A stretch of DNA of 64,000 nt from Oscillospiraceae bacterium. Its GTDB lineage: Bacteria > Bacillota > Clostridia > Oscillospirales > CAG-272. The stretch lies in the NCBI GenBank assembly GCA_015063305.1, contig SVUJ01000005.1, positions 34,484 to 98,483 of the forward strand, written 5' to 3'. Of the stretch, positions 27,234-37,326 are shown in pieces. The notes under the pieces were generated by a model. That model did no database searches and was not told the DNA's origin. It saw only the letters and a list, made by a program, of their open reading frames with translations. Each line of letters begins with the position of its first letter. Position 1 is the first letter of the stretch. The translations under genes were made by a program, and so were the position numbers.

Positions 27234-30142
27234 CAGTTATCTCCGTTCTTATCGTTTTCTGTTTCCGATCCCTCGGGGGTAGGTGTGGACTGAGTATCTG
27301 TTTTTGGTGTTTCCTCAAGAAGCGCCTCAGCCTCAAAGTCCTCAAGTGTCCAAAGCTCCTCCTCAGGAAGCTCTTTTGTGTTCATCATCAGAAGTCTTCC
27401 GAAAAAGCGCTTGGATATCAGCTCCAACATGCATATCAGACTGAATGCGCATATTCCTGCTATGGAAATTATCATTCCAAGGGTGTATACGGTGGGTCTG
27501 TATTTCATCTCAAGGGTGTGCTCTCCCGCTTCGGGGATATCAAAGGCGATGAGCGCATCGAGCGTTTCGTAGGTATCTACCCTCACGCCGTCAACGTATA
27601 TCTTCCAGCCCTCGTCGTAGGGAATGGTGGTCTGTATCATCTGGTTGGACTTGGCTGTTGTTATCGTGCCTGTAAGGTGGCTGTCTGTAAAGTCCTCGGA
27701 GATGTTGTACTGGGGATTTGCGTTCAGCCTTGTGAAAGCCTCTCGGAATGCCGCGGTGTCCATATAGTAGAAATACGAGCAATCCTGAACGATATAAAGC
27801 TTTTCCTTTTCCAGCTTGAGCTTAACGGTTACTTCCTTTCCTTCCTCAAAAACTCCAAGCGAGAGTATCTTTTTAGTTCCCGCATCATAATATTTGCCCT
27901 TGTCTATGTTGTTTACATAAATAGTAACTTCTCTTGTGTATCTTGAGGGGGCTTGGAAGAAGATCTCTTTGCTCTCCTTTTTGCCGTCACCGTCGTCGGG
28001 AACTCGTATCGTGAAGGTTACCGAAGCATCGCCCGTGTCTTCGGCTTCAAACAATAGATGTCCGTCGTTACCGCCAGCAGTTTTCTCGACATTATCATAG
28101 GTGTAATCGTGCTGTATGGGAAGGAATATATCGACATTTTCCTCGCCGAGCATAGCCGCAACAAGACTGTTAAGACGCTCAAGGCTGCTATCGTCCTTCT
28201 GCATATCAAAATCCTTCACGGCATCGTCAACGCCGTAAGCGAGTGAGAGGGCATAAGGGTTTTTATACGCCGCGTATTTGCCCGTCTTATATACCGCGCT
28301 ATAGTAGAGCTTAGCGCTGGCGGACGAGGGAGAATCGACTATATATTTTATTCCGAGCAGGGAATCGTTCACGGGAGTTCCGCCCTGATATTTTGACCAG
28401 TGAGATACAGACGCGTATCCCATCTGATTGAGAAAATCAATGGTAGAGCGGTTGAGCGTTGAGGTCGAGCCCGACACGCCGAAGGTGTCATGAGTGAAGG
28501 AGTCGTTAACGGCGCGGAGCTTAGTGAACTCGGTCCTGTAGAAGGAAGAGTCGCCTTCTTTTATCAGGTCGGTTATCTCTCTTGTATCGTCAAAATGGTT
28601 GTTATAGTTGCTGTATTTAGTGTAAAGAACGTCCTTATCGAACTTTTCGATGCAGGCAAGCGCGCTGCAGAAGAGCTCAACACACACAACTACCGCGAGA
28701 ATAGCCGCCAGATTTTCGCGCTTTTTGGGAGATCTGTTTCGCACCAGCATACAAAGCAGCACGAACAGGATGGCTATAACGATTATCGAGAGCCAAACCG
28801 TTTCGAGCGTGAGAAGCTTGGACTCGGATTTGAGGTAGGTTTCAAATTCCTGCTTTTCGCAAACGGCAACGGCAAGCGCCAAAAACGCGCATATTGCAAG
28901 AATGACCTTCTCGCTTATCTGCCTGAGGTTTCCGAATGCCTTGTATGCAAGGACGAGCAGGAAGAAGCAGAGCATAAAGCTGTATCTCGTGTTGAGCCAG
29001 TTGGGCTTCTGGAAACCGTGCCAGATAAGGTCGAGCGTGCTTGCGAACATACTCAAAGTCATAAATCCAAGGAATGCGCCCGCCGCAAGCTTTTCGCGAA
29101 CCGAGAATTTTTTGGATATGAAGAATATCGGTACAAGGATAAGTGTGAGTATACCCGTGTAAACGAAGGGCATTCCCTCGGGACGTACCGTGTCGTAAGA
29201 GCCGGGCAGGAATTTGGTGAAGAAATCAAGGAAACCGAATTTTGCCTTGAGCGTCCAGTCGGGATTTGAGAATTCGTTCTTACCAAAGCCGAGCGAGTAA
29301 TACGCGCCAAGAATTATAAACGCCGCCATAGCTATCGCTATCAGAGAAAATACGGCTATGCGTATAAAAGATCTTGTGAAGTGAGCCTTCTCGCCGCAGG
29401 GATTGTTTCTGCCGTCGCCGTAAGCGAGGAAATAGTAGAAGAAATAGAGCGCTACGTATATACATACCATGTATCCGATATAGTAGTTGCTCCAGATACA
29501 AAGGGCGAGCGAGAGCACGAAAAGCTTGAACTTTCCGAACTTAACGAGCTGTTCTATACCGTATGTGATAAGGGGAAGGAGCATCATCGCGTCTATCCAC
29601 ATCGAGTTGTGCTGATGGATTATGCCGTAAGCCGAAAGGGCGTACATAGTTGAAAGGGTCAGCACTATGAGCTTGTTCGGAGCTTTTGAATTCTTATGCA
29701 GATAAAAACCGAAGGTAAATCCGCAAAGACCTGTCTTCAAAATAAAGATGGTGAGCAGGGCTTCAAGTATCCTCTCCTTCGGGAAAAGAGCCACGATATA
29801 GGAAAGTGGGCTTGCCACGTAATATGCGTATATACCTATAAATTCTCCGCCGAGCGAACGCGAGAATGAATAAAGGATATCGGCATCTCCGTGAGCGAAG
29901 GAGCGAAGACCCTCGTAGAAGTAGACGTACTGCGCGTTGAGGTCGAGCACGAGCACCGAGCCGTCGCCAAAGGGATAGATCCCTCTCGCGAGGTATACAA
30001 GATACATTACCACCGCGGGAACTATAAAGCACAGGGCAAGGTAGGATGAGGGCGACGCGCTTATGCGCTGCTGCAGCCTTCTGAAGAATGAGAGCTTCGG
30101 TTGCTCGGTAGTTGTTACTTTTGTTGATATATTTTCGTTCAT
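27233..30142 (-). CDS. YfhO-family polytopic membrane protein (putative glycosyltransferase), 969 aa
   Basis: More than 12 TM segments in the N-terminal ~480 aa, a large extracytoplasmic domain, then a final TM helix. This is the YfhO architecture. Its stop overlaps the ruvA start (TGATG). Confidence 0.7.
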   Translation of the reverse strand: MNENISTKVTTTEQPKLSFFRRLQQRISASPSSYLALCFIVPAVVMYLVYLARGIYPFGDGSVLVLDLNAQYVYFYEGLRSFAHGDADILYSFSRSLGGEFIGIYAYYVASPLSYIVALFPKERILEALLTIFILKTGLCGFTFGFYLHKNSKAPNKLIVLTLSTMYALSAYGIIHQHNSMWIDAMMLLPLITYGIEQLVKFGKFKLFVLSLALCIWSNYYIGYMVCIYVALYFFYYFLAYGDGRNNPCGEKAHFTRSFIRIAVFSLIAIAMAAFIILGAYYSLGFGKNEFSNPDWTLKAKFGFLDFFTKFLPGSYDTVRPEGMPFVYTGILTLILVPIFFISKKFSVREKLAAGAFLGFMTLSMFASTLDLIWHGFQKPNWLNTRYSFMLCFFLLVLAYKAFGNLRQISEKVILAICAFLALAVAVCEKQEFETYLKSESKLLTLETVWLSIIVIAILFVLLCMLVRNRSPKKRENLAAILAVVVCVELFCSALACIEKFDKDVLYTKYSNYNNHFDDTREITDLIKEGDSSFYRTEFTKLRAVNDSFTHDTFGVSGSTSTLNRSTIDFLNQMGYASVSHWSKYQGGTPVNDSLLGIKYIVDSPSSASAKLYYSAVYKTGKYAAYKNPYALSLAYGVDDAVKDFDMQKDDSSLERLNSLVAAMLGEENVDIFLPIQHDYTYDNVEKTAGGNDGHLLFEAEDTGDASVTFTIRVPDDGDGKKESKEIFFQAPSRYTREVTIYVNNIDKGKYYDAGTKKILSLGVFEEGKEVTVKLKLEKEKLYIVQDCSYFYYMDTAAFREAFTRLNANPQYNISEDFTDSHLTGTITTAKSNQMIQTTIPYDEGWKIYVDGVRVDTYETLDALIAFDIPEAGEHTLEMKYRPTVYTLGMIISIAGICAFSLICMLELISKRFFGRLLMMNTKELPEEELWTLEDFEAEALLEETPKTDTQSTPTPEGSETENDKNGDN

Positions 30143-30154
30143 AGCGGACCTCTC

Positions 30155-30376
30155 TTAGTTTTTATTATCGGGGCTTTGTGTCTGCTGCTCGGAGGATATA
30201 ACGCGTTTAGTGGCTTTTTCAAGCTTGATACGGTCTATATTCATATCTCTGCCGCAGCCTAGGCAGACCACGCGCATCTCGCTTCCAACGCGGAGCACGG
30301 TAAATTCTTTTGAGGAGCAGGGGTGAGGCTTTTTCAGCTCTATTATGTCCCCGACCTTGAATGGAATTATTTTCAT
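30155..30376 (-). CDS. DUF951 family small protein
   Basis: 73 aa. FKVGDIIELKKPHPC...VCLGCGRDM is the Cys-containing DUF951 pattern. Confidence 0.6.
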   Translation of the reverse strand: MKIIPFKVGDIIELKKPHPCSSKEFTVLRVGSEMRVVCLGCGRDMNIDRIKLEKATKRVISSEQQTQSPDNKN

Positions 30377-30503
30377 AAAAAAACGTCCTTTTAAAAATCG
30401 TTAAAAAGCAAAAAAGCTTGTGCAACAATACTTATACTATTTTACCATAATAGTACCAATTTGTAAATAAGTATTTAAAATTTTACAAATTAATAAAATA
30501 TGT

Positions 30504-30532
30504 TTGACTTGGGCAGGTTTATGTGTTATAAT
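30504..30532 (+). promoter_or_regulatory. Sigma-A type promoter upstream of ruvC
   Basis: TTGACT, 17 nt, TATAAT, with TGn immediately 5' of the -10 box (extended -10). Confidence 0.6.
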
Positions 30533-30593
30533 GTAAGATGAATTATTTTTGCCTTTTGGTGTTGGCGGAAGATCAAAAAAGGGGGGTGGCTCT

Positions 30594-31091
30594 GTGGTAA
30601 TACTTGGAATAGACCCGGGACTTGCTATCGTTGGTTGGGGGGTTATAGATTACAGGGGCTCTCGGTTTGACGTGCTTGGCTACGGCTCGATACAAACCCC
30701 CGCAGGAATGCCCACCGAGCAAAGGCTCGCCGCGATATATGACGGTCTTAAAGAGATAATACAAAAGTACAAGCCCGACCAGATGGCGGTGGAGGAGCTT
30801 TTCTTCAATACCAACCAGACAACGGGCATCAGAGTTGCCGAGGCAAGGGGAGTTATACTGCTGTGCGCCACGAAGCACGGAGTGCCCACCTTTGAATATA
30901 CACCTCTTCAGGTGAAGCAGTCGGTAGTTGGATACGGACGCGCCGAGAAAAAGCAGGTCATCACCATGGTCACTATGCTTTTGGGACTCAAGAGCGCCCC
31001 AAAGCCCGACGATACCGCCGACGCGCTTGCGATAGCGGTGTGTCACGCGCATTCGGGAGCGTCCCGACTCGCGCAATATTACAATAAATGA
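30594..31091 (+). CDS. ruvC: Crossover junction endodeoxyribonuclease RuvC
   Basis: GTG 30594 follows AAGGGGGGTG. ILGIDPGLAIVGWGV N-terminus, EELFF and DTADALAIAVCH catalytic motifs. Confidence 0.9.
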   Translation: MVILGIDPGLAIVGWGVIDYRGSRFDVLGYGSIQTPAGMPTEQRLAAIYDGLKEIIQKYKPDQMAVEELFFNTNQTTGIRVAEARGVILLCATKHGVPTFEYTPLQVKQSVVGYGRAEKKQVITMVTMLLGLKSAPKPDDTADALAIAVCHAHSGASRLAQYYNK

Positions 31092-31107
31092 CTTACGGAG
31101 GTATGCC

Positions 31108-31977
31108 ATGTGGTGTTCCGAAAATTGGAAAGATTATGAGCTTCTCGACGCGTCTGACGGAGAAAGGCTTGAAAGATGGGGAAAATACATATTAGTCCGT
31201 CCCGACCCTCAGGTCATCTGGAAGAACACGGCGCGCCACCCGAAGTGGGCGCGTGCCGACGCGGTATATAAGCGCTCCTCCAACGGAGGCGGCGGTTGGG
31301 CAAAGAACACTCTGCCCACACAGTGGAATATCGGATACGGAGAGCTTTCTTTCGTGCTCCGTCCTATGGGATTTAAGCATACGGGACTTTTTCCCGAGCA
31401 GGCGGCTAACTGGGATTGGTTCTCGGAGCTTATAAGAAAATCGGGACGTAAGAGCGTAAAGGTGCTCAACCTTTTCGCGTATACGGGCGGAGCTACCGTC
31501 GCGGCGGCAAAGGCTGGGGCGTCTGTAGTCCACGTTGACGCGGCAAAGGGAATGGTTGCTCAGGCTAAGGAGAACGCCGCCCTCTCGGGTCTTGCCGATG
31601 CGCCGATAAGATACATCGTTGACGACTGCAAAAAATTCGTGCAAAGAGAGATACGCAGAGGCAATAAATACGATGCTATAATTATGGACCCGCCCTCATA
31701 CGGCAGAGGGCCGTCGGGCGAGGTCTGGAAGATAGAGGACAGCGCAGACGAGCTTGTAACGCTCACGGCGCAGCTGCTGTCCGACGACCCGCTGTTCTTC
31801 CTGATAAATTCCTACACCACGGGACTTTCCCCTATGACGATGAAATATATCATCGACCTCAGAGTGCGTTCCCGTTTCGGCGGAAAAACAGAAACAGGAG
31901 AGCTTGGTCTTAAGATAAGCGCAACGGGCGGATATCTGCCCTGCGGCGCAAGCGCAAGATGGACAGCGGAAAAGTAA
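31108..31977 (+). CDS. Class I SAM-dependent methyltransferase (RlmI/RlmK-like catalytic domain, no PUA domain)
   Basis: SAM-binding segment VLNLFAYTGGATVAAA, then IIMDPPSYGRG (DPP motif). Confidence 0.7.
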   Translation: MWCSENWKDYELLDASDGERLERWGKYILVRPDPQVIWKNTARHPKWARADAVYKRSSNGGGGWAKNTLPTQWNIGYGELSFVLRPMGFKHTGLFPEQAANWDWFSELIRKSGRKSVKVLNLFAYTGGATVAAAKAGASVVHVDAAKGMVAQAKENAALSGLADAPIRYIVDDCKKFVQREIRRGNKYDAIIMDPPSYGRGPSGEVWKIEDSADELVTLTAQLLSDDPLFFLINSYTTGLSPMTMKYIIDLRVRSRFGGKTETGELGLKISATGGYLPCGASARWTAEK

Positions 31978-32001
31978 AACAAAAACGAAAAGGTGTTTTA
32001 G

Positions 32002-32877
32002 ATGGATTTACCGTTTATAAAGGTTGAAAATGTAAGCTACTCATATCGGGGAGAGGGAGATGCGGCTATCCGCGTTATAAAAGAGCTCTCTCTTGAGATA
32101 GATGAGGGTGAGTTTGTGGCTGTTCTCGGACATAACGGTTCGGGAAAATCCACACTTGCCAAGCTTTTGAATATGATACTAACCCCCGCGAGCGGAAAAA
32201 TATTTATCGAGGGCAAGGATATAACCGACGAAAATATGAGCGAGGAAGAGATATTCGCGCTCCGCAAAAACGTTGGAATGGTCTTCCAGAATCCCGATAA
32301 TCAGCTCGTCGCCACGATAGTTGAGGACGACGTTGCCTTCGGCCCTGAAAATCTGGGCGTACCCTCGCAGGAGATAAGACGAAGAGTTGACGAGGCGCTC
32401 TCTAAGGTGGGAATGACCGAGTACGCTCATCACGAGCCGCACAGGCTCTCGGGCGGACAGAAGCAGAGAGTGGCTATCGCGGGAATAATGGCGATGCTGC
32501 CCAAATGTATAATTTTTGATGAGTCCACGGCAATGCTCGACCCCATAGGCAGAAGAGAGGTAATGTCGGCTATAAAGAAGCTCAATTCCGAGATGGGGAT
32601 AACCGTGATAATGATAACTCACTATATGGACGAGGCGGCTATGGCAAACAGAGTGGTCGTTCTTGATGACGGCAGAATAGCGCTTGACGGAACGCCGTCC
32701 GAGGTGTTTGAGAAAGAGGAGCTTTTGCGCTCGATGGGTCTTGACGTTCCTCAGTGTACGGCGCTTGTTCACAGGTTGCGCCGCGCGGGGATAGCTCTTG
32801 AGGGAGAGTGTACAGACCCCGAAAAGTGCGCCGACCTTATCGCAACGGCGCTCGGAAAGGAGCTCGGAAATGGCTGA
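32002..32877 (+). CDS. ecfA1: Energy-coupling factor transporter ATPase EcfA1
   Basis: Walker A GHNGSGKST, LSGGQKQRVAIAG, Walker B IIFDEST. Tandem with a second ATPase and EcfT. Confidence 0.88.
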   Translation: MDLPFIKVENVSYSYRGEGDAAIRVIKELSLEIDEGEFVAVLGHNGSGKSTLAKLLNMILTPASGKIFIEGKDITDENMSEEEIFALRKNVGMVFQNPDNQLVATIVEDDVAFGPENLGVPSQEIRRRVDEALSKVGMTEYAHHEPHRLSGGQKQRVAIAGIMAMLPKCIIFDESTAMLDPIGRREVMSAIKKLNSEMGITVIMITHYMDEAAMANRVVVLDDGRIALDGTPSEVFEKEELLRSMGLDVPQCTALVHRLRRAGIALEGECTDPEKCADLIATALGKELGNG

Positions 32878-33727
32878 GATATCGCTAAGAGAGGTGTCCT
32901 TCCGTCACGGAAAGGGAACACCGTATGAGATATGCGCACTTGACAAGATAACGCTTGATATAGCTCCCGGGGTTATCACGGGAATAATCGGGCATACGGG
33001 GTCGGGAAAATCCACCCTTGTTGAGCTTTTTAACGGAATACTCAAGCCCGCCGAGGGCAGAGTGCTTATCGACGGCGAGGATATATGGGCAAAGCCAAAG
33101 GAGATACGAAAGGTAAGATTTCGCGTGGGACTTGTAATGCAGTACCCCGAATCACAGCTTTTTGAGGAAACTATAAGACAGGATATCGCCTTCGGACCGA
33201 AAAATATGGGGCTCTCCGATAAGGAGATCGAGAGGAGAGTTGTCGAGGCGGCAAGATTTGTCGGACTTGATGAGGAGCTGCTCGAGAAATCGCCCTTTGA
33301 CCTCTCGGGTGGACAGAAGAGAAGAGCGGCGATAGCGGGTATAATCGCTATGCGTCCCGACGTTCTGGTGCTGGACGAGCCCGCGGCAGGACTTGACCCT
33401 GTAGGAAGAGAGTCGATATTCGCGAATATCGTCGAATATAAGGAAAAGACGGGAAGCACGGTCGTTATCGTCAGCCACAGTATGGAGGATATGGCGAGAT
33501 ATTGTGACAGAGTTGTGGTGATGTCGGGCGGAAAAATGATAATGAACGGCAGCCGTGACGAGGTCTTCTCACAGTCGGCAAGCCTTGAGGGCGCGGGACT
33601 TGATATCCCGCAGATAACCAAGCTTATGACCCTGCTCAGAGACAGAGGGATAGATGTGGATCAGAGCATATATACCTCGGAGAAGGCATACGAGGAGATA
33701 ATGAAGCTTTTCGCAAAGAAGGGCTAA
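32870..33727 (+). CDS. ecfA2: Energy-coupling factor transporter ATPase EcfA2
   Basis: ATG 32870 overlaps the end of ecfA1 by 8 nt. GHTGSGKST, LSGGQKRRAAIAG, LVLDEPAAGLD. Confidence 0.88.
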   Translation: MAEISLREVSFRHGKGTPYEICALDKITLDIAPGVITGIIGHTGSGKSTLVELFNGILKPAEGRVLIDGEDIWAKPKEIRKVRFRVGLVMQYPESQLFEETIRQDIAFGPKNMGLSDKEIERRVVEAARFVGLDEELLEKSPFDLSGGQKRRAAIAGIIAMRPDVLVLDEPAAGLDPVGRESIFANIVEYKEKTGSTVVIVSHSMEDMARYCDRVVVMSGGKMIMNGSRDEVFSQSASLEGAGLDIPQITKLMTLLRDRGIDVDQSIYTSEKAYEEIMKLFAKKG

Positions 33728-33755
33728 ATCAAAGATACAGAGGCAAATTTAGAGA

Positions 33756-34577
33756 ATGAAGAACATTGCATTGGGTCAGTATTACCCCGCGAAGTCGCCT
33801 ATACACAGGCTCGACCCGCGTATAAAGGTGATATTGGCGATATTGTATATAATTTGCGCCACGTTTTTGGGAAAGAACATAGTAAGCTTCGGGCTATTGC
33901 TCGTATCGGCGCTTGCGCTCATCGTTATGGGCAGGATACCCTTGCGGACGGTGCTTCGCGGTATAGTTCCCGTGCTCTTCGTTATGGCGTTTGCGGCGCT
34001 ATTTCAGGTGTTTGGAAGAAGCGGAGAGATGCTGATATTCGAGTGGAGATTTATCCACATATACGGAGAGGGACTTTTCGCCGCGCTGTTTATGATAATA
34101 AGAATATTCGCGCTTATAGTGGGAACGAGTATGTTCCTCACTTACACCACAACGCCTATCGAGCTTACCGACGCGATAGAGGATCTGCTCTCTCCGCTCA
34201 AAAAGCTCAAAGTGCCGGTGCACGATTTCGCTATGATGATGACGCTGGCGCTCAGGTTTATCCCTACGCTCGTTGAGGAGACCGAGAAGATAATGACGGC
34301 GCAAAAGGCAAGGGGAGCGGACTTTTCAAGCGGAAGCCTTGTCAAACGCGCAAAGGCGCTCATTCCCGTGCTCATACCGCTTATAGTGTCGGCTATAAGA
34401 CACGCGGTGGAGCTTGCCGTGGCGATGGAGTGCAGATGCTATCACGGTGACGGAAAGAGGACGAGAATGACTGTCAGACGTTGCAGAGTATGGGATTTTG
34501 TGGCGCTTGTGATAATGATCGCCTTTGGCGCGGCGCTCGTATATTTCAATATACTTGGCATCGGCTACAGCCTTTAA
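33756..34577 (+). CDS. ecfT: Energy-coupling factor transporter transmembrane protein EcfT
   Basis: Polytopic protein. HRLDPRIK N-terminus and conserved ARG motifs (AQKARGADF). Follows ecfA1 and ecfA2. Confidence 0.88.
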   Translation: MKNIALGQYYPAKSPIHRLDPRIKVILAILYIICATFLGKNIVSFGLLLVSALALIVMGRIPLRTVLRGIVPVLFVMAFAALFQVFGRSGEMLIFEWRFIHIYGEGLFAALFMIIRIFALIVGTSMFLTYTTTPIELTDAIEDLLSPLKKLKVPVHDFAMMMTLALRFIPTLVEETEKIMTAQKARGADFSSGSLVKRAKALIPVLIPLIVSAIRHAVELAVAMECRCYHGDGKRTRMTVRRCRVWDFVALVIMIAFGAALVYFNILGIGYSL

Positions 34578-34588
34578 GTGAGGCGGCT

Positions 34589-35353
34589 ATGAAGATATTG
34601 ATATACGTGTCGTTTCTCGGAACTAAGTATTCGGGATACCAGATACAAAAAAACGCGCCCACAGTACAGCAGGCACTTTGCGAAGCGTCCGAGAGGGTGT
34701 TCGGATTTAAGTGTGACGTCACGGGGTGCAGCAGGACCGATAGCGGAGTACACGCCAATATGTTCTGCGCGGCTGTGAGCGAGAGCGGAAAGAGTGGCAT
34801 CGACACAACTATCCCGATAAAAAAGATCCCCCTTGCATACGCCGCGGTACTGCCCAATGATATAGCGGTGTTTGATGCCAAAGAGGTGGATGATGACTTT
34901 CATCCAAGATATGACGTTGAATATAAGGAATACGTTTATAAAATATACAACCGATCGATAAGCGACCCGTTTATGGCAGACAGGAGCTGGCATTATCCGA
35001 GAGTGCTTGACGACGGCGCTGTGGAGCGAATGAACGAGGCGGCGGCAAGGTTTGTTGGCAAACACGATTTTGCATCCTTTATGTCGAGCGGCTCGGATGT
35101 GACCGATACGGTCAGGACGATATTTGAAGCCGAGGTGAAAAGAGAGGGAGCTCTCATAGAGTTTCGGGTGTCGGCTGACGGATTTCTCTACAATATGGTA
35201 AGGATACTCACGGGAACGCTTATAGCCGTTGCCGAGGGGAAGATAGAGCCCACCGATATAGATGCTGTAATCGAGTCGCGCGACAGAAAGCGCGCGGGAG
35301 TTACAGCTCCGCCCACGGGGCTTTACCTCAATAGAGTGGTTTACAGGGACTAA
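34589..35353 (+). CDS. truA: tRNA pseudouridine(38-40) synthase TruA
   Basis: ATG 34589 (MKILIYVSFLGTKYSGYQIQ). Catalytic motif GCSRTDSGVHA. The ecf-truA synteny is typical of Firmicutes. Confidence 0.9.
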   Translation: MKILIYVSFLGTKYSGYQIQKNAPTVQQALCEASERVFGFKCDVTGCSRTDSGVHANMFCAAVSESGKSGIDTTIPIKKIPLAYAAVLPNDIAVFDAKEVDDDFHPRYDVEYKEYVYKIYNRSISDPFMADRSWHYPRVLDDGAVERMNEAAARFVGKHDFASFMSSGSDVTDTVRTIFEAEVKREGALIEFRVSADGFLYNMVRILTGTLIAVAEGKIEPTDIDAVIESRDRKRAGVTAPPTGLYLNRVVYRD

Positions 35354-35375
35354 AAATTTAAAGAAAGGCGGGCGC

Positions 35376-36701
35376 ATGAAAATACCTTTTTTCAAAAAAA
35401 AGAATAACGATGCGGCTACGGAGCAGGGCGCAGGGCGCTTTGCCGAGAACATAGCTCGGTTTTTCAGCGCTGAGCCGCAAAAGGAAAAGATACTTCGCCA
35501 CGAGGACTTTGCGAGGGCGGGTGACGTTTATTACGCCACCGTTTCGGCAAGGTACAAGGTGGCGCAGAGGATACTTATACTGCTTCTCGTGATCTTTCTG
35601 CTCTTTTCGATATTCACCAATATCAGCAATATAACCTACGGTAATTTATTCTATTTCTTCAGGGATTTCGGAAATGCCGTGGACATAGAGAGCAGTAATT
35701 ATGAGAGCCTGTCTTATGACGTCTATGGCGATCAGAGCTTCGCGCTGTACAGAGGAGGAATAGCGGCGGTCAGTCCGTCTAACGTGTCGGTCTTCACAGC
35801 AACGGGAAGACGAACGCTAAAGAGCCGCTCGGATTTCGCGCAACCATATGCTGTGTGCTCCAAGAAATACGCCTTGGTCTATGACGTTTCGGGAAATTCA
35901 TTCGCGCTGTATAATTCATTCTCCAAAATATATACCGAGAGCTTTGATTATCCGATAAGCGATGCGGCTATCTCGGATTCGGGAGTGTTTGCGCTTCTTA
36001 CGCGCTCGGCGGATTATAAATCGGTCGTTAACGTGTATAATAAAAACGTAAAGCTTGCGGGAAGATACAGCAAGGATATGTACGCGCTTGATATTGCGCT
36101 GGATAGCGCGGGCGAGAGAATGGCTGTTATATATTACGATATCGGCGACGGGCTTGGGCGTACGGTGCTCAGAGTTTACGATATATCAAACCGTGTGGCT
36201 GAGGGGAAAGATCCCGATGAGGACAGAGTGATAGCGCAAAAGACGCTTGAGGGAGAATTTCCGCTTGGGTGCGCGTTTATGAGTGACGGTAAGCTCTCGG
36301 TGGCTACGAACGGTTCTGTCAGCATTCTTGACAATAGCGAGTATGAGGTATATGACTACATAAATTTTGAAGGTGAGCTCAGAGCCGTCTATGCAAGTGA
36401 GAACGGCGTTGCGGTGGCGGTCAAAGAGGGAGTGCTTAACGACGTGAATACCGTGATAGCCTTTGACAAGGACGGAAAAGTTTTATATAATGAGCTCGTC
36501 AGAGAATCGGTGAGAGAAATAGCGGTTCTCGGAAGACATATATTTATAAAGACCGATGCGGGCGTTGCGAGGATAAACGCCGACACGGGTGAGGAAGAAG
36601 AGCTTTCTTCCCAGGCGGGAAAGATGCTCATATATGATGAGTCGACCGCGATAGTCTGCGGTGAATCAAAAGCTGTGTATATCAAATTTAAGGAAAATTA
36701 A
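35376..36701 (+). CDS. Hypothetical membrane-anchored protein (DUF5711-like by recollection)
   Basis: N-terminal cytoplasmic segment, one TM helix (ILILLLVIFLLFSIF), and a ~340-aa beta-rich ectodomain with no recognisable catalytic motif. Confidence 0.5.
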   Translation: MKIPFFKKKNNDAATEQGAGRFAENIARFFSAEPQKEKILRHEDFARAGDVYYATVSARYKVAQRILILLLVIFLLFSIFTNISNITYGNLFYFFRDFGNAVDIESSNYESLSYDVYGDQSFALYRGGIAAVSPSNVSVFTATGRRTLKSRSDFAQPYAVCSKKYALVYDVSGNSFALYNSFSKIYTESFDYPISDAAISDSGVFALLTRSADYKSVVNVYNKNVKLAGRYSKDMYALDIALDSAGERMAVIYYDIGDGLGRTVLRVYDISNRVAEGKDPDEDRVIAQKTLEGEFPLGCAFMSDGKLSVATNGSVSILDNSEYEVYDYINFEGELRAVYASENGVAVAVKEGVLNDVNTVIAFDKDGKVLYNELVRESVREIAVLGRHIFIKTDAGVARINADTGEEEELSSQAGKMLIYDESTAIVCGESKAVYIKFKEN

Positions 36702-36724
36702 GATTCGAGGTTTAATAAAGAGCT

Positions 36725-37324
36725 ATGAAATTAAAAAATATTCCTAATATCTTATCGGCAATAAGAATAATGTTGGTCGGAGTATTCGTCTACACGTTTT
36801 TCTGTGTTAGCCCATACGTTGCTTTGGTGGTATTCCTGCTGGCGGGGGCTACCGACGTGGTCGACGGATATCTTGCAAGGAGAAACAACTGGATAAGTGA
36901 TCTTGGTAAGATACTCGATCCCTTTGCGGATAAGCTTATGCAGTGTACCGTGCTCGTAAGCCTTTATATTAAAAAGATGATACCGATATGGTTCGTTATC
37001 CCCTTCTTCCTTAAGGAGATAACCTCGCTCATTATGGGGCTTATCGTTATCAAAAAGAGAAACATAGTTATAGTTAGCAAGTGGTACGGAAAGATGACGG
37101 TATGCTTGTTCTACGCGACTATAGTTCTCTCTGTGTTTATATCGGATATACTCAGAGAAAATCTGCTTTTGGCAGTAATTGTGTTCATGCCGGCAGTAGT
37201 AAGCGCTATAATAACCTTTGTGGCGTACGTTAAGCATTATGCGGTGCTTAAGAATAAAAATTACGCAGAAAAAATAAAAACAGAAGAAAAGGCAGATGCG
37301 GTAGACGCCGCTGAAAATATTTAA
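36725..37324 (+). CDS. pgsA: CDP-alcohol phosphatidyltransferase (PgsA-like)
   Basis: The motif DVVDGYLARRNNWISDLGKILDPFADK matches D(x)2DG(x)2AR(x)8G(x)3D(x)3D. Four to five TM helices. Confidence 0.8.
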   Translation: MKLKNIPNILSAIRIMLVGVFVYTFFCVSPYVALVVFLLAGATDVVDGYLARRNNWISDLGKILDPFADKLMQCTVLVSLYIKKMIPIWFVIPFFLKEITSLIMGLIVIKKRNIVIVSKWYGKMTVCLFYATIVLSVFISDILRENLLLAVIVFMPAVVSAIITFVAYVKHYAVLKNKNYAEKIKTEEKADAVDAAENI

Positions 37325-37326
37325 TT

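Noticed and set aside
30461-30488. Palindrome TTGTAAAT...ATTTTACAA upstream of the ruvC promoter, considered as a LexA/SOS operator.
   Set aside because: It does not match the Firmicute LexA (Cheo) box CGAAC-N4-GTTCG. It is an AT-rich palindrome in an AT-rich spacer.
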